From Hypanus sabinus (lineage: Eukaryota): 64,000 nucleotides of DNA. The DNA is taken from NCBI RefSeq assembly GCF_030144855.1, contig NW_026781301.1, positions 1 to 64,000 of the forward strand, given 5' to 3'. Each line of letters begins with the position of its first letter. The first letter of the stretch is position 1. The translations under genes were made by a program, and so were the position numbers. The notes beneath the pieces were generated by a model. That model was not told the DNA's origin, made no database searches, and saw only the letters and a list, made by a program, of their open reading frames with translations. Positions 1-10,948 of the stretch are shown here, piece by piece.

Positions 1-746
1 AAGTAAACAAACACTACCGTAACCGAAACAGCTGCTGAGCGGCAGCCCAAACAGTTCGTAAAGTGATATTCCAAAAAACAGTTCTTTAAAGTGGTATTGC
101 CAAAAGTTCGATATGCTCACAGTCCATTTAAAAGGAGAGACTTTATAGGACGTTTTAGATTCTCTTTCACGTCGCTTGCTTCGATCCCCGACATCGAACT
201 TCCCACGAAGAATTCACGAAACAGAACGGCTTAAACGCACTGACCTTTCCTTCTCCCACTACCTCCAATCCTTTCTAGGTAAAACTAGGGATTAACACGA
301 AGATAGTCAACGAAATCCTTCCAAATAAGGATCAAACAAAGGTCGCCCCCCGTTTCACCGTAGAAAGTGATTCTCACTCGATCTTTAACTTCCAACTTCG
401 AATCTTCACTCTCCTCTAATTTCCTCGAACTAACAGAATCATAAAGAACCTGCTGGCAATAACCTTTTAAACTTTAGGGCATTAAATAAAAAGTTCATCC
501 TTCAACTAAACTCTTAAAACACGCAGTGGCATGAAAGTCAACCTGGCAAATCCAGCCACAAACTGCCCCTCCTCACAGGGTGGGGTCTACCTTTTATAAC
601 CTGTAAAAAAAAAACGTCACATGATCTCTACTGGCGGGAAAATGACATCATTCCACCATCACAAGACCATCACCTCAAGTCCAGTACAGCTTCAACCCCA
701 GTCACATGACAAGGGCTCCACTGTCATGTGTCACGAGTACGTAACA
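1..746 (-). mobile_element. LTR-like element inserted into a TCR V exon; left end outside the window
   Basis: On the minus strand, homology to the intact V at 4485-4778 stops after ...AACTAC and switches to TGTTACGTACTCGTGACAC, a TG-start typical of LTR termini. There is no V homology over 1-746. Confidence 0.6.
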
Positions 747-932
747 GTAGTTCGTAACTGAACCTTGTCAATAGAATAGAAGAGACAATCTATTGCCTGG
801 CCGGGGACGCTGCCTGTACCAATACATGCGTGTACTAGGCGGTTTTCAGCAGCGTACACGAGACGCTGGCCGTCTCACCCTCTCCGACTGACAAGGAGGA
901 AGGCGACGCTCGAACGATCGCGGCCAGAATCC
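747..932 (-). pseudogene. TCR V pseudogene (V1), 5' part of the V exon
   Basis: Reads GILAAIVRASPSSLSVGEGETASVSCTLLKTA* and then MYWYRQ in another frame. Close paralog of the V at 4485-4778. Acceptor is AT instead of AG (933-934), there are two 1-nt insertions, and the exon is cut by the LTR at 746. Confidence 0.85.
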
Positions 933-1479
933 ATGTAACACAGCAAAATCGTTTAGTCTCCAATTTCCCTCCGTTGTTGACCAGCTCGAGGTCTCCAGAG
1001 AGAAGGAAAGGGTTGACTTTCCCGAAAACCCTAACCCTCTCTGGTTATCCGAAATTTCACACTGTTCTGCGCCGTGAAATAGGGGCAATGCACCATCCCG
1101 ACACACACATACTCTAACTCAGACAAAAGGGGATTCTTCGAACAGCAGTGAGGGAAGCGGGGGACAATAGGTCGTCTAGCATAATCTAATTTGGTCCAGG
1201 TTCAATTTTGGCGCACAGTCCCCACGCACCCTCGGAGTAATCCCGATACCCCCTTCCGAGCTTAGCGAAACCGAAGGATACGAGCATTTTAGTCGGGTCT
1301 GTTCGACCAGCGCGGCAAGGATTTATCAGTGGAAGGCGCTTTCACATTCGGCTCATGAGTAGCAAGGCAGGCATCAAACCTTCGGCCTCATGTCGAGAAG
1401 ATCTTCCAAGCCCAGCCACGTGCGATGCTGAAGCAAGTCGTTCAACACCCTTTCCCGGAGATCTGTGATTTGTACTTAC

Positions 1480-1528
1480 CTGGGATCATCGTCACGATCA
1501 GCGGGAGGCAAACAACCCTCCGCACCAT
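1480..1528 (-). pseudogene. Leader exon of V1 (MVRRVVCLPLIVTMIP + G)
   Basis: 49 nt = 16 codons + 1, hydrophobic, followed by the donor GTAAGT. Homologous to the leader at 5649-5700. Confidence 0.75.
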
Positions 1529-1638
1529 CTTCTACAGGATGAGAATATTTCCTCTATGTGAAGGTCAGAGCCAGTTCTCAGGGAAGTCTCTCTGTGTGGT
1601 CTGATAAAGGAACGAGATTTTACTTGTTGTAGTGGCGA

Positions 1639-1648
1639 TGAAGTCACT
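1639..1648 (-). promoter_or_regulatory. TRBV-promoter-decamer-like element (AGTGACTTCA)
   Basis: 9/10 match to AGTGAYRTCA, about 110 nt upstream of the V1 leader ATG. Confidence 0.45.
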
Positions 1649-1924
1649 TGTACTACGGTGAACGCTTTCGGACTGACGATGATGCCCGAGGTGAGTTCAT
1701 GCAATGCTGATACGTTCGGTCGATTTGAAGTTGGGAGGCGCACATCCATGGGAAGCCGGATTTAAATGATTGGCCAATGTTCCCGAGGACAGGGATTCTG
1801 AAACCATAATAGAGCTTCAACCGTGGTTTTGCTTCGATTGCAGAAACTAAACGCCACTTCATCATACCCTCAAAATAAGTGCCTGTTTGAGAAACGGTAG
1901 GAAAGGTCAGGAGAAGATTAGAGG

Positions 1925-2185
1925 CCCTACTCTTGGCGCAGAAATAGATGGCGGGGTGAGTGTGCGAGACAGTGCTGCTGGTTCCGTGGTCGTGTAGGTC
2001 TCAGATGTGTAGCTGTTGATTAGACCTCTCCCGGCGGAATAGAGGAGAGTTACTTCTGCCTGCACGGGTCGCTGTCTGTACGAATACCAAAATGGTGCAG
2101 CCCGTGTTCTGCATTGATCTGTGGTTGCCTGTCCCATTACAATCGGCAGAGACGTCGGCGACTGCTCCACGTGCACGGCCGGAAT
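1925..2185 (-). pseudogene. TCR V pseudogene (V2), same family as V1 and V4
   Basis: VHVEQSPTSLPIVMGQ...C...YSYRQ...LLYSAG...NSYTS, then after a frameshift HPAIYFCAKS. The WYRQ Trp is lost, and there is no AG acceptor and no recognisable RSS. Confidence 0.75.
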
Positions 2186-3050
2186 AGATTCGATTCTAAT
2201 TCCAAGAAGGCATGGCAACGTCTAAGCCTTTTGGGATTTGGCTGGGACATTAGTGTGGATGCGGCCCAGTCCACCAGAGGCCCGTCTGATAATGATCAAT
2301 ATCCACATGGGAGCATGGAATGACGAGAAACATCCTCCATCGTTAAGGATACTCGCCATGTCGGCCAACCTCTCTTCTCGCTGCTGCTATCGGGACTTGG
2401 TAGAGGAACCTCGGGACCCAGACGACCGCGTTGACGAATAATGTTACAGTCTTTCAACCAACACAGTCCTTTACCACTCTTTAGTAAATTTCACTGATCA
2501 CGACATTGAACAGGACTCACTTCTGCACCTCGTGTATTCAATGTATTGTTTTGAAAGTCTAGCAGTTATTTATATATTTATTTATCGTTCTTTACATATA
2601 TATTTTGTTTTATATTTACTTATCGGTCTATTTATTTACTTATTTATATATTTCTCTATTTCTCTATCTACCTGCTTATTTCTGAATTATTAATTTCTGT
2701 TTGTTTGCCCGTTTATCTTTATAACGCTGCTTCAATTTTCTATCATTCTGTGTAATTATTTCCCCCATTTATTCTATTGTTCTTATTTATTATACTGTGA
2801 GTACCTGTCTCAAATCGAATCTCGGGGTATCATGTGGAAAGCTGCACTTCCGGTGATAATAAATTAACTTTCTTTGTTTCTTTCCTTCTGTCTGTCTCTC
2901 TCCTTCTCATTCATTCAATCTTCTTTCCATTTTCTTTCACTTTCCGACTTCCTTTCTTCTTTTCCGCCAGTTTCTTCCTTCATCTCGCCGTCCATGTATC
3001 TATTCGCTCAATCTATCAATCTATCTCTCTATCGTTCGGCTGTATCACTG

Positions 3051-3225
3051 NNNNNNNNNNNNNNNNNNNNNNNNNNNNNNNNNNNNNNNNNNNNNNNNNN
3101 NNNNNNNNNNNNNNNNNNNNNNNNNNNNNNNNNNNNNNNNNNNNNNNNNNNNNNNNNNNNNNNNNNNNNNNNNNNNNNNNNNNNNNNNNNNNNNNNNNNN
3201 NNNNNNNNNNNNNNNNNNNNNNNNN
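3051..3225. other. Assembly gap (N run)
   Basis: 175 N. Confidence 1.
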
Positions 3226-3537
3226 TACATGTTGACGTAATTCTTGTTAACTGCAATAGAAATAGCTAAAGCGCTCAAGGACGTGGAAGGAACTGCCGCA
3301 TCATTTCCAAGGGATAGGGTGGTAGAGTTTGAGCGTTGGTTGCCACGCCGTCCTATTCGACAGCGCAATGGTTGAATTGCAGTGTATCCGGTACTGCTAA
3401 CAGGACAAGAAATCTTGCGAAGGATAGTCGCTGCCCGATGATAGGACAGTTTTCACGACCCGACATCTCAGACTCCCGTAAGAATGCAGCTGTTCTGCCG
3501 ACAAACGGATCTGCACATTAGGTACTTCATGGTCCAA

Positions 3538-3553
3538 CAGCGCCCCCTGCAGC
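3538..3553 (-). promoter_or_regulatory. CTCF-like motif (GCTGCAGGGGGCGCTG)
   Basis: Matches the CTCF core CCASYAGRKGGCRS except at its 5' end. Shares flanking context with 8953-8968. Confidence 0.5.
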
Positions 3554-4029
3554 AGACTCGGGATCATTGGCGGAATATGAATATAGACAAAGTAGGCCAT
3601 ATTAATATGCAGCCTTCAGTCTACCTGCATTCTACAGACTGTCGCTAGTAGCCGATGGTAATGCTATGGATCTTTGCAATCGTGAGTGGACGGCTCTTAC
3701 GTATCATCTAAGGTAGGGTTGAGGAGCGCGGCTTCATGTGTTCACCCGTGACAATTTGTTTTACCGCTCAATTTCATGCCATCTGCAATGTAGTAGGAAA
3801 ACTCCAGCGGGTCAGTCAGCAGCTATGGCGGATACCGCTGCTGGTATTGACACCGACTTGTTATTGTCACCTCTAACAAGATGCAGTCACAAGCTTGTTC
3901 ACAGATATAAAGTCAGTACGCGGTTCAGAGATGTAAAATAGGAAACATCAATAAAGTTTAAGAGCTACAGAAAGAAAGCGGAACAGGTGCACAGTACCAC
4001 AATGAGGCTCATCGTGATGTCAGCGGTCC

Positions 4030-4165
4030 ACGTCAATGTGCCATCTTCCCGTAATAATGTGCCACTCGAGAGTTGAATAACAGCGGGAGAACAGGCTGCC
4101 CTTGCGACAGTTAGTATGCACATTCAGATCATTGAGTCCTCCGCCCGACTGGAGGCTGGCGACTG
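4030..4165 (-). pseudogene. Possible highly degenerate V remnant
   Basis: Polypyrimidine/AG acceptor followed by AQSPAS...MCIL, resembling V framework 1. No WYRQ or YFC was found. Confidence 0.2.
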
Positions 4166-4389
4166 CGCTCCTCTGACAGAATGAAATGTTAGACAGGGGA
4201 TGATTCCAAGATCGACTGAGCTGTGTGGACGTTTATTTTTCTGGAGTTTCCTGCTGGTAACTGTAAAGCACTTGCCATATCAAGTAGAATTCTTGTCTCT
4301 GTGATATCGGGGGTTACTGGAGCAGGAGGAGAAAGCAGGACAAGTGTTCCCGGTTCGAGACAGAATAAGTGGCTGTCAAACACCATCCT

Positions 4390-4408
4390 GTGCTGCCACC
4401 TAGTGGTG
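4390..4408 (-). promoter_or_regulatory. Strong CTCF motif (CACCACTAGGTGGCAGCAC) about 40 nt beyond the V4 RSS
   Basis: Near-perfect match to the CTCF consensus. Confidence 0.75.
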
Positions 4409-4445
4409 TAACATGAACTCTGAACATCCTTGTGATAAACAGGAA

Positions 4446-4484
4446 GGTTTTTGTACTGAGAGACCCTTTACATCAAGCTCTGTG
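4446..4484 (-). promoter_or_regulatory. Recombination signal sequence with 23-bp spacer (V4)
   Basis: CACAGAG + 23 nt (CTTGATGTAAAGGGTCTCTCAGT) + ACAAAAACC directly after the V exon. Confidence 0.95.
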
Positions 4485-4778
4485 CGCTACTACAAGCGCA
4501 GAAGTAGACGGCGGAGTGGAAGGACGGTGCCCGCCTCAGTTCCAGTTTAAACAGAGAGTCGCTGGATCTGGTCGCCGCGTAGGAATCAGATGTGTAGTTC
4601 ATAGCTGAACCTTGCCCAGCAGAATAGAAGAGAACATCAATTGCCCGGCCGGATCGCTGTCTGTACCAGAACATATTTGTATACACCCTATTCAGCAGCG
4701 TACACGACAGAGTGGCCGGCTCTCCCTCTGCGACTGACAGGGAGGAAGGCGATTGCTCCACGTAGGCGGTCAGAATCC
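4485..4778 (-). CDS. TCR V segment (V4) V exon, TRBV-like, apparently intact
   Basis: AG acceptor, then phase-1 ORF ILTAYVEQSPSSLSVAEGEPATLSC...MFWYRQ...HSAVYFCACSS with Cys23, Trp41 and Cys104, followed by a 23-RSS. Confidence 0.92.
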
Positions 4779-5003
4779 CTGTCGGACAGAAATCAGATTA
4801 GACTCCAATTTCTCTCAATTGATCATCAAAGGTCGCGGAAGCAAGACAGATGGAAGAGTTTGGTGTTATCGACAGACCATGGCCACTCTCCGATTAACCC
4901 GGAGATTCGCACTGTTGTGCGATGTGTAATAGGCGTGATGTCCGATCCTCACCCAATGAGCATGGCCGAATGGTGGGTCAGACTCGATGGGCTGAATAGT
5001 CTA

Positions 5004-5159
5004 NNNNNNNNNNNNNNNNNNNNNNNNNNNNNNNNNNNNNNNNNNNNNNNNNNNNNNNNNNNNNNNNNNNNNNNNNNNNNNNNNNNNNNNNNNNNNNNNN
5101 NNNNNNNNNNNNNNNNNNNNNNNNNNNNNNNNNNNNNNNNNNNNNNNNNNNNNNNNNNN
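5004..5159. other. Assembly gap within the V4 leader intron
   Basis: 156 N. Confidence 1.
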
Positions 5160-5648
5160 TCACTGACACGCAAACACAATGTCTGCGGAGAAGTGGCTTG
5201 TATTCCCGAAAGACACCGGCCGCTCTGAGATCAACACAACGAACTGCTGTGAGATGAGGCAGCCAAACGCACGAAAGCGCTGACGCACATTTATTCGAAC
5301 TCGGGCAAAACCTGATCCATCTCACCGTATTGAGGAACCGGGGTAAAATGCCGTTTAACAAGCACACATTTGTTCTGAGTTCAATTCCCCTTGCATCCTA
5401 CAAGAAACCCTGATATCCTCTCAGAGCTTCGTGGCAGAACTGAAGGACCTCACAGGTGGTAACTCTGACAAGCGCGTTACATATTTATCTGTCATGAAAC
5501 ACTTTGTCATTTGTTGAACGGGATACATCAAATCATTGGTCTCTTGGGGAGAAAATCTACCAAGAAGAACCACGTTCGATACTGCACCTCGCCGTTACAC
5601 AAAGGGCATTTTACACCCCCTGACCCCAGACCTGCGATTTTAACTTAC

Positions 5649-5700
5649 GCGGGATCACCGCCGCGATCAGCGGAATGCACAGTCTGGCCGTCAGCATCAT
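5649..5700 (-). CDS. Leader exon of V4 (MMLTARLCIPLIAAVIP + C)
   Basis: 52 nt = 17 codons + 1, donor GTAAGT, splices in frame to 4778. Confidence 0.85.
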
Positions 5701-5814
5701 TTACAGCGCGAGGATACCTCCGCTGTGTGGAATCGAGTGATGTTCCCTTTCGGCTCATGGGGAAGTCTATCTGCGTGGCCTGAGAAAGCAATTCTCCCAT
5801 TGGCTCCGTGACAA

Positions 5815-5824
5815 TCGTGTCACT
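5815..5824 (-). promoter_or_regulatory. TRBV-decamer-like element (AGTGACACGA) overlapping an ETS-like GGAAGT
   Basis: 8/10 match, about 115 nt upstream of the V4 ATG, at a position equivalent to that in V1. A CCAAT box lies at about 5798. Confidence 0.4.
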
Positions 5825-5940
5825 TCCGCAAATATATTTGCCTCTTTGGAGCGGTTGACAGTGCTGACAAGCTGTGATGAGACCCGAGTTCCACGCATGC
5901 GCTACAGGCAAGTCTGGATGATTCCAAGCTGGGAGGAAAT

Positions 5941-6410
5941 AACAATAGACAATAGACAATAGGTGCAGAAGTTGACCATTCGGCCCTTCGAGCCTGCACC
6001 GCCATTCTGAGATAATGGCTGATCATCTACAATAAATACCCGGTTCCTGTTTTGTCCCCATATCCCTTGATTCCCCTATCCATAAGATACCTATCTAGCT
6101 CCTTCTTGAAAGCATCCATAGAATTGGCCTCCACTGCCTTCCGATGTAGTTCATTCCACAGCCCCACAACTCTCTGGGAGAAGACGTTTTTCCTTAACTC
6201 TGTCCGAAATGACCTACACCTTATTCTTAAAACATGCCCTCTGGTACTGGACTCTCCCAGCATCTGGAACATATTTCCTGCCTCCGTGTTGTCCAATCCA
6301 TTAATAATCTTATAAGTTGCAATCTCCTTAATTCCAGCGTGTACAAGTGCAGTCTCTCTAACCTCTCTGCGTAAAACAGTCCGGACATCCCAGAAATAAC
6401 CATGGGAATT
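5941..6410 (-). mobile_element. CR1-clade LINE (HER1-like) 3' end
   Basis: ORF 6027-6458 contains STRGHVLRIRCRSFRTELRKNVFSQRVVGLWNELH, the CR1 ORF2 C-terminus. A (CTATTGT)n tail lies at 5941-5960. Confidence 0.9.
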
Positions 6411-6479
6411 AGGTTCCAAATTTACAAATTTACAAATTGTTTGTTCATGTTTTTTCATTGGCTCTATTGATATATTTTA

Positions 6480-7110
6480 ATGCATCTGCTGTAAATGCCC
6501 GGAATTTAATCGCAGGGTAGCTTGTGGTGCCACGAGTCTGGAGTTAAACAGAGTACCCGGACCATTCGGACCATAATTGGGTAGGTTGTGATGTGGAGAG
6601 TCCACATTATTGCAGCCTCCTCTCGTAGAAACGGCCTGTTGGAGAGTCGGAAGTCAAACGGGAGGGAAGCTGCTCGAGTGGTGCCTGGGATCTTTCATTA
6701 CGCTGGTTGTTTTAAGGAAGTGGATGTGCGAGGGCGGCAGAAGAAAAGGGCCAGACAGGCAGTGGCTACTTTTCTGGTACAGGAGGCATCGGAAACAAAG
6801 TCCACCTTTTTGTCAAGTGGTCACAGTTTCGCTGTACTGAGGGATCGATCCGGGCTGGGCCGGACGGTTCAGGAACCGGATGGGTGAAGGGAAGTCGCTG
6901 CCCCTGAACGATTTGGTGTAGGGACTTCAGCTTCTCTTCCTCCTGCCCGGTGGGAGGTGCGGGGTGAAGACACAGACCGGATGGTGCTGGTGCTGGTGGG
7001 AGGGGGGGGGGGTTCTTTCATGGTGTTCTTTGCCTTCCTGAGTCAGCTCCCCCTGTGGATACTCAAACAACCACACATTTCAAGAGTAGAGGTCAGAAGA
7101 TCTGCACGAA
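6480..7110 (-). mobile_element. Degenerate Rex1/L2-like LINE fragments
   Basis: Resembles the fragments at 23220-23500 and 50330-51560. Confidence 0.5.
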
Positions 7111-7371
7111 TGTCGAAGCTTGACGTGGATGGGCGGCAGAAGGCCTCCATATTGTCCTTTTAAAACTTTTTTTTCGTTTTCGTTACAGAAGACCCTGCGG
7201 GACATTAATATTTCCGGAAAACCAGGTCTACCCCATGAGCGTGTAGCCCTTGACAGAGAATCTGGACGTGGTACGGCCTGTGTCAGAGAGGCGCCGGAGG
7301 TATCGGTGCCCGAAGGAGATGTGCAGTCTAACAGTGACTGATCACAGTAATCGCTTTCTTGTGTCCTGTAG

Positions 7372-7678
7372 GAAAATGCTAACGTGGAAGGCAGCAAAAT
7401 TGGATTCGCGGATTTGTCAGCAGACCGTAGGAGCGAACAGCGTGGAAGGTACGTGGCCTCGGTAGGACAATAGACTCGGCCTGAAGCCACGGTGACGCCC
7501 GTTGACTCCCGACCGGCAGAGAAGTGTCGGAGTCCGTAAGCTCCACCGCAGTCAGTGTGGTGCGGCGTCGAGGTTTCAGTCGGTGCTGCCCCCCAGCGTC
7601 CACCCGGCAGACAAAACGTTGTATTGTGTCGGACAGCAGGTTCCATGAACAGGTGACTGTTAGAATATATATTTCAGG
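7372..7678 (+). pseudogene. Possible decayed non-rearranging V-set Ig exon
   Basis: 307 nt between an AG acceptor and G|GT. Frameshifted motifs include V.G....a.L, VAW-like, FS.VLPSVHPAD..Y.C and CIVSDSRFHEQVTVRIYIS. No RSS. Confidence 0.3.
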
Positions 7679-8952
7679 TGACCGGATTTCACCCTGTGTT
7701 TTGTGTGATTGATGGTACTGTGGCTGTCATCCTGGCCCCGGTGTTATACTGTCGCGTTTGGCTCTAATAATGGGGATCGATATATGTTTCAGTAACAATT
7801 AAAATTAAGCTTCGACGCGAAATTCACCTTGACATGCCTATGAAAGTAAAGTCAACGTCCATGGTCCAGGAAACCGGGCAGCAGAGAGGCGGCTTATTGT
7901 CGGATAAATATACCACTTCACGCATATGAGCCCGTATGATGACAGAGAGAACTCTTATTGCATGCGTAACTCTGGACATTCAGTGGCTGTCGCGATAAAA
8001 CACCGCCAGCTGGATAAACGAGACGGCGGCAACACGAGCCAGTTACAGCCTGTAATGAGCTCTCCGGACCTGTGCGGGGAGCCAGAGAGCGTCGTGCTCC
8101 GAGGTATTTATCTGGACGTAAAGCACAGAAAAGCTGCTTCCGACCAAACCGAGTCGTGTCGCCCTGTAACCAGTCTACTTTAACACTTCCCTACTCACAG
8201 GACAATGAACCTACTAACCGGTACTTTGATCTTTTGAGTGGAAACCGGAACACCCAGAGGAAACCCAAGTCCTCAAGTGAAGGACGGAGAAACATTTCCA
8301 CGCACGCGCACACTTATATCTTCTTTCTCCCTTCCCTCAACAGCGAGCAGCATCAATCGACATGGCTGTTGCCATCCATCCCAGGTTAAGTTCGCTGGAG
8401 TTGGGCTGGAGATACGGGAACCTTAGATCCTGCACCAGCAGGTTCAGGAACGATCATTTCCTTTTCGCCATCAGATTCCCGTATCAGTGTATGTTAAGTT
8501 CTCTGATCGCAACACTGCACCCGATCTCAGTATTATTTATTCATTTATCTAGAATGTATCTATCAATCTTTATATTTATCTATCAGTATCTATTTAACTA
8601 TACATTCAGTTATTTGTTGTATTTACATAGCCTTTCTTCTTTCGGCCATTACCTGTTCTTTTTTTTTATTTATTCTATTGCATTTCACTATCACAGACAT
8701 GGGAGGTGTTACTGAGACATAGACTAGGGGAAGGATAGTGGGCGGGGGGTCTGAATGTCGAATATCACGTTTTTCTCATTGAAAAGGTAACGGTTATCCG
8801 GGAAACTATGACGAAATGCCTGCCTCTCATGAAGCCCTGTGAATGGAATCCACGAACCCGATGTTAGTAAATGATTCAGGACGCCAGCTTCAGCGAGAGG
8901 CTTTCAAAACGCAGGTGCTATTCCGACCGAGGATTCTGCATTCGCAGTTCAA

Positions 8953-8968
8953 CAGCGCCCCCTGCGGC
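8953..8968 (-). promoter_or_regulatory. CTCF-like motif (GCCGCAGGGGGCGCTG)
   Basis: Strong core match, about 290 nt beyond the V5 RSS, same orientation as the other sites. Confidence 0.6.
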
Positions 8969-9259
8969 AGACTCGGATCATCCTCAGGATCAGAAAGGAG
9001 ACAAAGAAGGACATGCTGACATTAAAGTTAACCAGCAACCTGTTTGCAATTTGGCGAGGCAGCCAGAACAACTCACGAGAAAACAAAGGGGGCTTGCCAC
9101 TGTAAGTGGATCCTAAGTATCTGAAAAAACTGGAATAATCGGCTGCCTCGGCATCATGCTGCTTGCCGTTTTTGTCGTGCCGCTGTCTGAATTTTCCCTT
9201 TCAGACTGTGAACTATTCGCTTTCAATGTGAATTAATGTCGCCACCAACTGCCCTGTTA

Positions 9260-9297
9260 AGTGTTTCTCGGGTCCTCCAACGTCGTCAGTCGCTGTG
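9260..9297 (-). promoter_or_regulatory. Degraded RSS of V5
   Basis: CACAGCG + 22 nt + AGAAACACT (nonamer 6/9). Confidence 0.7.
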
Positions 9298-9593
9298 CAG
9301 ACTGAGAGAGCTGAAATATGTGGCCGTGTGGTTCAGCTGCAGGCGAGAGGCGCTTAGACTGAAGGCGGCGTCACTCGGCAGGTTGGCGGTGAACTACTCT
9401 ACCTCCGTGTCCGGGATCACGTTTGGAGCAGCCGTGGAGTAGAATAGGTTCTGCGGCTCCTTCCCCGGGTACTTTCTGTACCAGTATAGTTGATAAGTTC
9501 TGCCGTCCTCAATGATGCATTGGAGTGTCACCGCCTCGCCGAGAGACTGAGAAACAGCGGAGGGGGTATGGCGCGTAATCTCCGAACTCGCAT
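9298..9593 (-). pseudogene. TCR V pseudogene (V5), second family
   Basis: ASSEITRHTPSAVSQSLGEAVTLQC...LYWYRKYPGKEPQNLFYS...EVE*FTA...NHTATYFSSLSL. In-frame TAG at 9394-9396, Cys104 replaced by Ser, no convincing leader. Confidence 0.9.
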
Positions 9594-9699
9594 CTGGTAA
9601 TAGAACGCGGGAAGAAGAAGTTATTCAATAAAGATCACCGGACGCAGAGATGAGATGGAGTGAAAGTGAAACAGCAAGACGGAAAGCTGAATTAAACGA

Positions 9700-9960
9700 G
9701 AGGAGGGGGGTGGGGAGAGAGAAAGAGACACACAGCGAGAGAAAAAAAGAGAGAGAAGTAGTGAGAGAGAGGAATAAGAGTGGATGATAGATAGAGACAG
9801 CGAGAGAGAAAACTAGAGAAAAGGAGAGAGAGATGGAGAGAGAGGGGAAGAGAGAGAAGATGAACGGGCATAGAGACCAAGGAGAAGGAAAGAAAATGAA
9901 ACGAAAAGTTGCTGTGAAAACGCGAGAAGGACAAATGGAGACCAAGGGAAAGAGATGGAG
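9700..9960. repeat. GA-rich low-complexity tract
   Basis: Imperfect (GA)n runs. Confidence 0.8.
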
Positions 9961-10475
9961 ACAACTACAGTGAGCGCACGTGAGACATGAATCTGGTGGT
10001 TCAGAACACGTGGTCTTGTGTGATGCGGTGACTGGGTGGCTGAACGGGAGCCAGTTGGACCGAAGGGTCTGTTTCAGTAATGCGCTAGCAGACGACGCTG
10101 CCGTCTAAACCTCTCAATCAATAAACTTGTGGGCCGAGAGATCAGCGTCTGTAATACATAATCTACAACTCAGCTATTTGCAATTCACGAACAACTCGGG
10201 AAAACTCACTTTGGACCACCATATACGAAATTAATCAGTCTTGCTGCTGAACGTAATCGGTACCTCCCTGCTTATATTCTCCTCCGAGCCTCCCAAAACG
10301 GTACGATGGCTAAATTTGTGACATTGAATTTAGATCGTCGTGTCCAGGACTGAGAGGATAGCTACTGTTTTCCTGCTGAACTTGGACTGGGGCCCAGCCT
10401 CTCGACTGACATCCGAATCTGCAAATGTATTGATCCCGACACCATTCAAACTCAAAGCTTCCAGTCTCGCTACTC

Positions 10476-10485
10476 AGTGACGTAT
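10476..10485 (+). promoter_or_regulatory. TRBV-decamer/CRE-like element (AGTGACGTAT)
   Basis: 8/10 match, about 90 nt upstream of the V6 leader ATG. Confidence 0.45.
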
Positions 10486-10571
10486 GGTTGAGAGGCGGAG
10501 CTTCGTCCGTTCACAGTGACAAGTTCATTCCGAACGCCCTTCCGCTTGGAAGAAACTGCCTAAGTTGAAAG

Positions 10572-10608
10572 ATGTTCGTGTTATTCGAGCTGCTGATCTG
10601 GCTTCAGG
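10572..10608 (+). CDS. Leader exon of V6 (MFVLFELLIWLQ + G)
   Basis: 37 nt = 12 codons + 1, A at Kozak -3, donor CAGG|GTAAAG. A 340-nt intron joins it in frame to 10949. Confidence 0.7.
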
Positions 10609-10948
10609 GTAAAGGACAGCTTGAATTTGTGAGTAGTTTAAGGAAGCAGTTCTGAACTTCCCTTTCTGTGCTATGTTTACTCTTGCACCATATGTTTCCC
10701 CATCGTTCTCTATCATGGTCTTTGCTCACTTTTTGTATCGCTGAGCTGTTTTGTTAATTATCATAGTCCATCCAATTATATTTATTTTATACTATTCTCT
10801 CACTCTCTCTATAACTTCCCCGTCTCTTTCTCTTTTTCCCCATATGCCTCTGCTAACCGCATTTCTCCTTCTCTCTCTCTCTCTCTCTCTCTCCGTGATC
10901 AGAGAGTACCTGCCTACTGATGTCATACTCCGCTCCTCTCTTCCCCAG

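Noticed and set aside
4779-4900. Apparent ultra-short (45-54 nt) leader introns at V1, V4 and V5
   Set aside because: True leaders with GTAAGT donors were found about 550-870 nt upstream for V1 and V4. The V5 candidate has no ATG.
2834-5367. ORFs running through N gaps (also 38250-38960 and 44109-44333)
   Set aside because: Artefacts of unresolved bases.
7080-7646. 188-aa minus-strand ORF as a gene, or a TCR constant domain
   Set aside because: No recognisable domain, and no C1-set motifs in any frame.
7679-7770. CD3-zeta/FcR-gamma-like transmembrane segment (CVIDG...LYCR)
   Set aside because: Spacing differs from those chains, and there is no acceptor of plausible intron length and no ITAM exons. 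Kept only as part of the weak IgSF-relic idea.
8340-8390. Possible plus-strand leader remnant (...LLPSIP G|GTTAAG)
   Set aside because: No in-frame ATG at leader distance and no downstream V exon.
10512-10518. Isolated heptamer CACAGTG (also CACTGTG at 11461-11467)
   Set aside because: No nonamer at 12 or 23 nt, and no D or J sequence adjacent.
10844-10948. ATG plus a (CT)11-encoded MPLLTAFLLLSLSLSLS as the V6 leader, i.e. a microsatellite on/off switch
   Set aside because: It needs a 54-nt intron with a weak GTGATC donor and is out of phase. A better in-phase leader with a strong donor and upstream decamer exists at 10572-10608.
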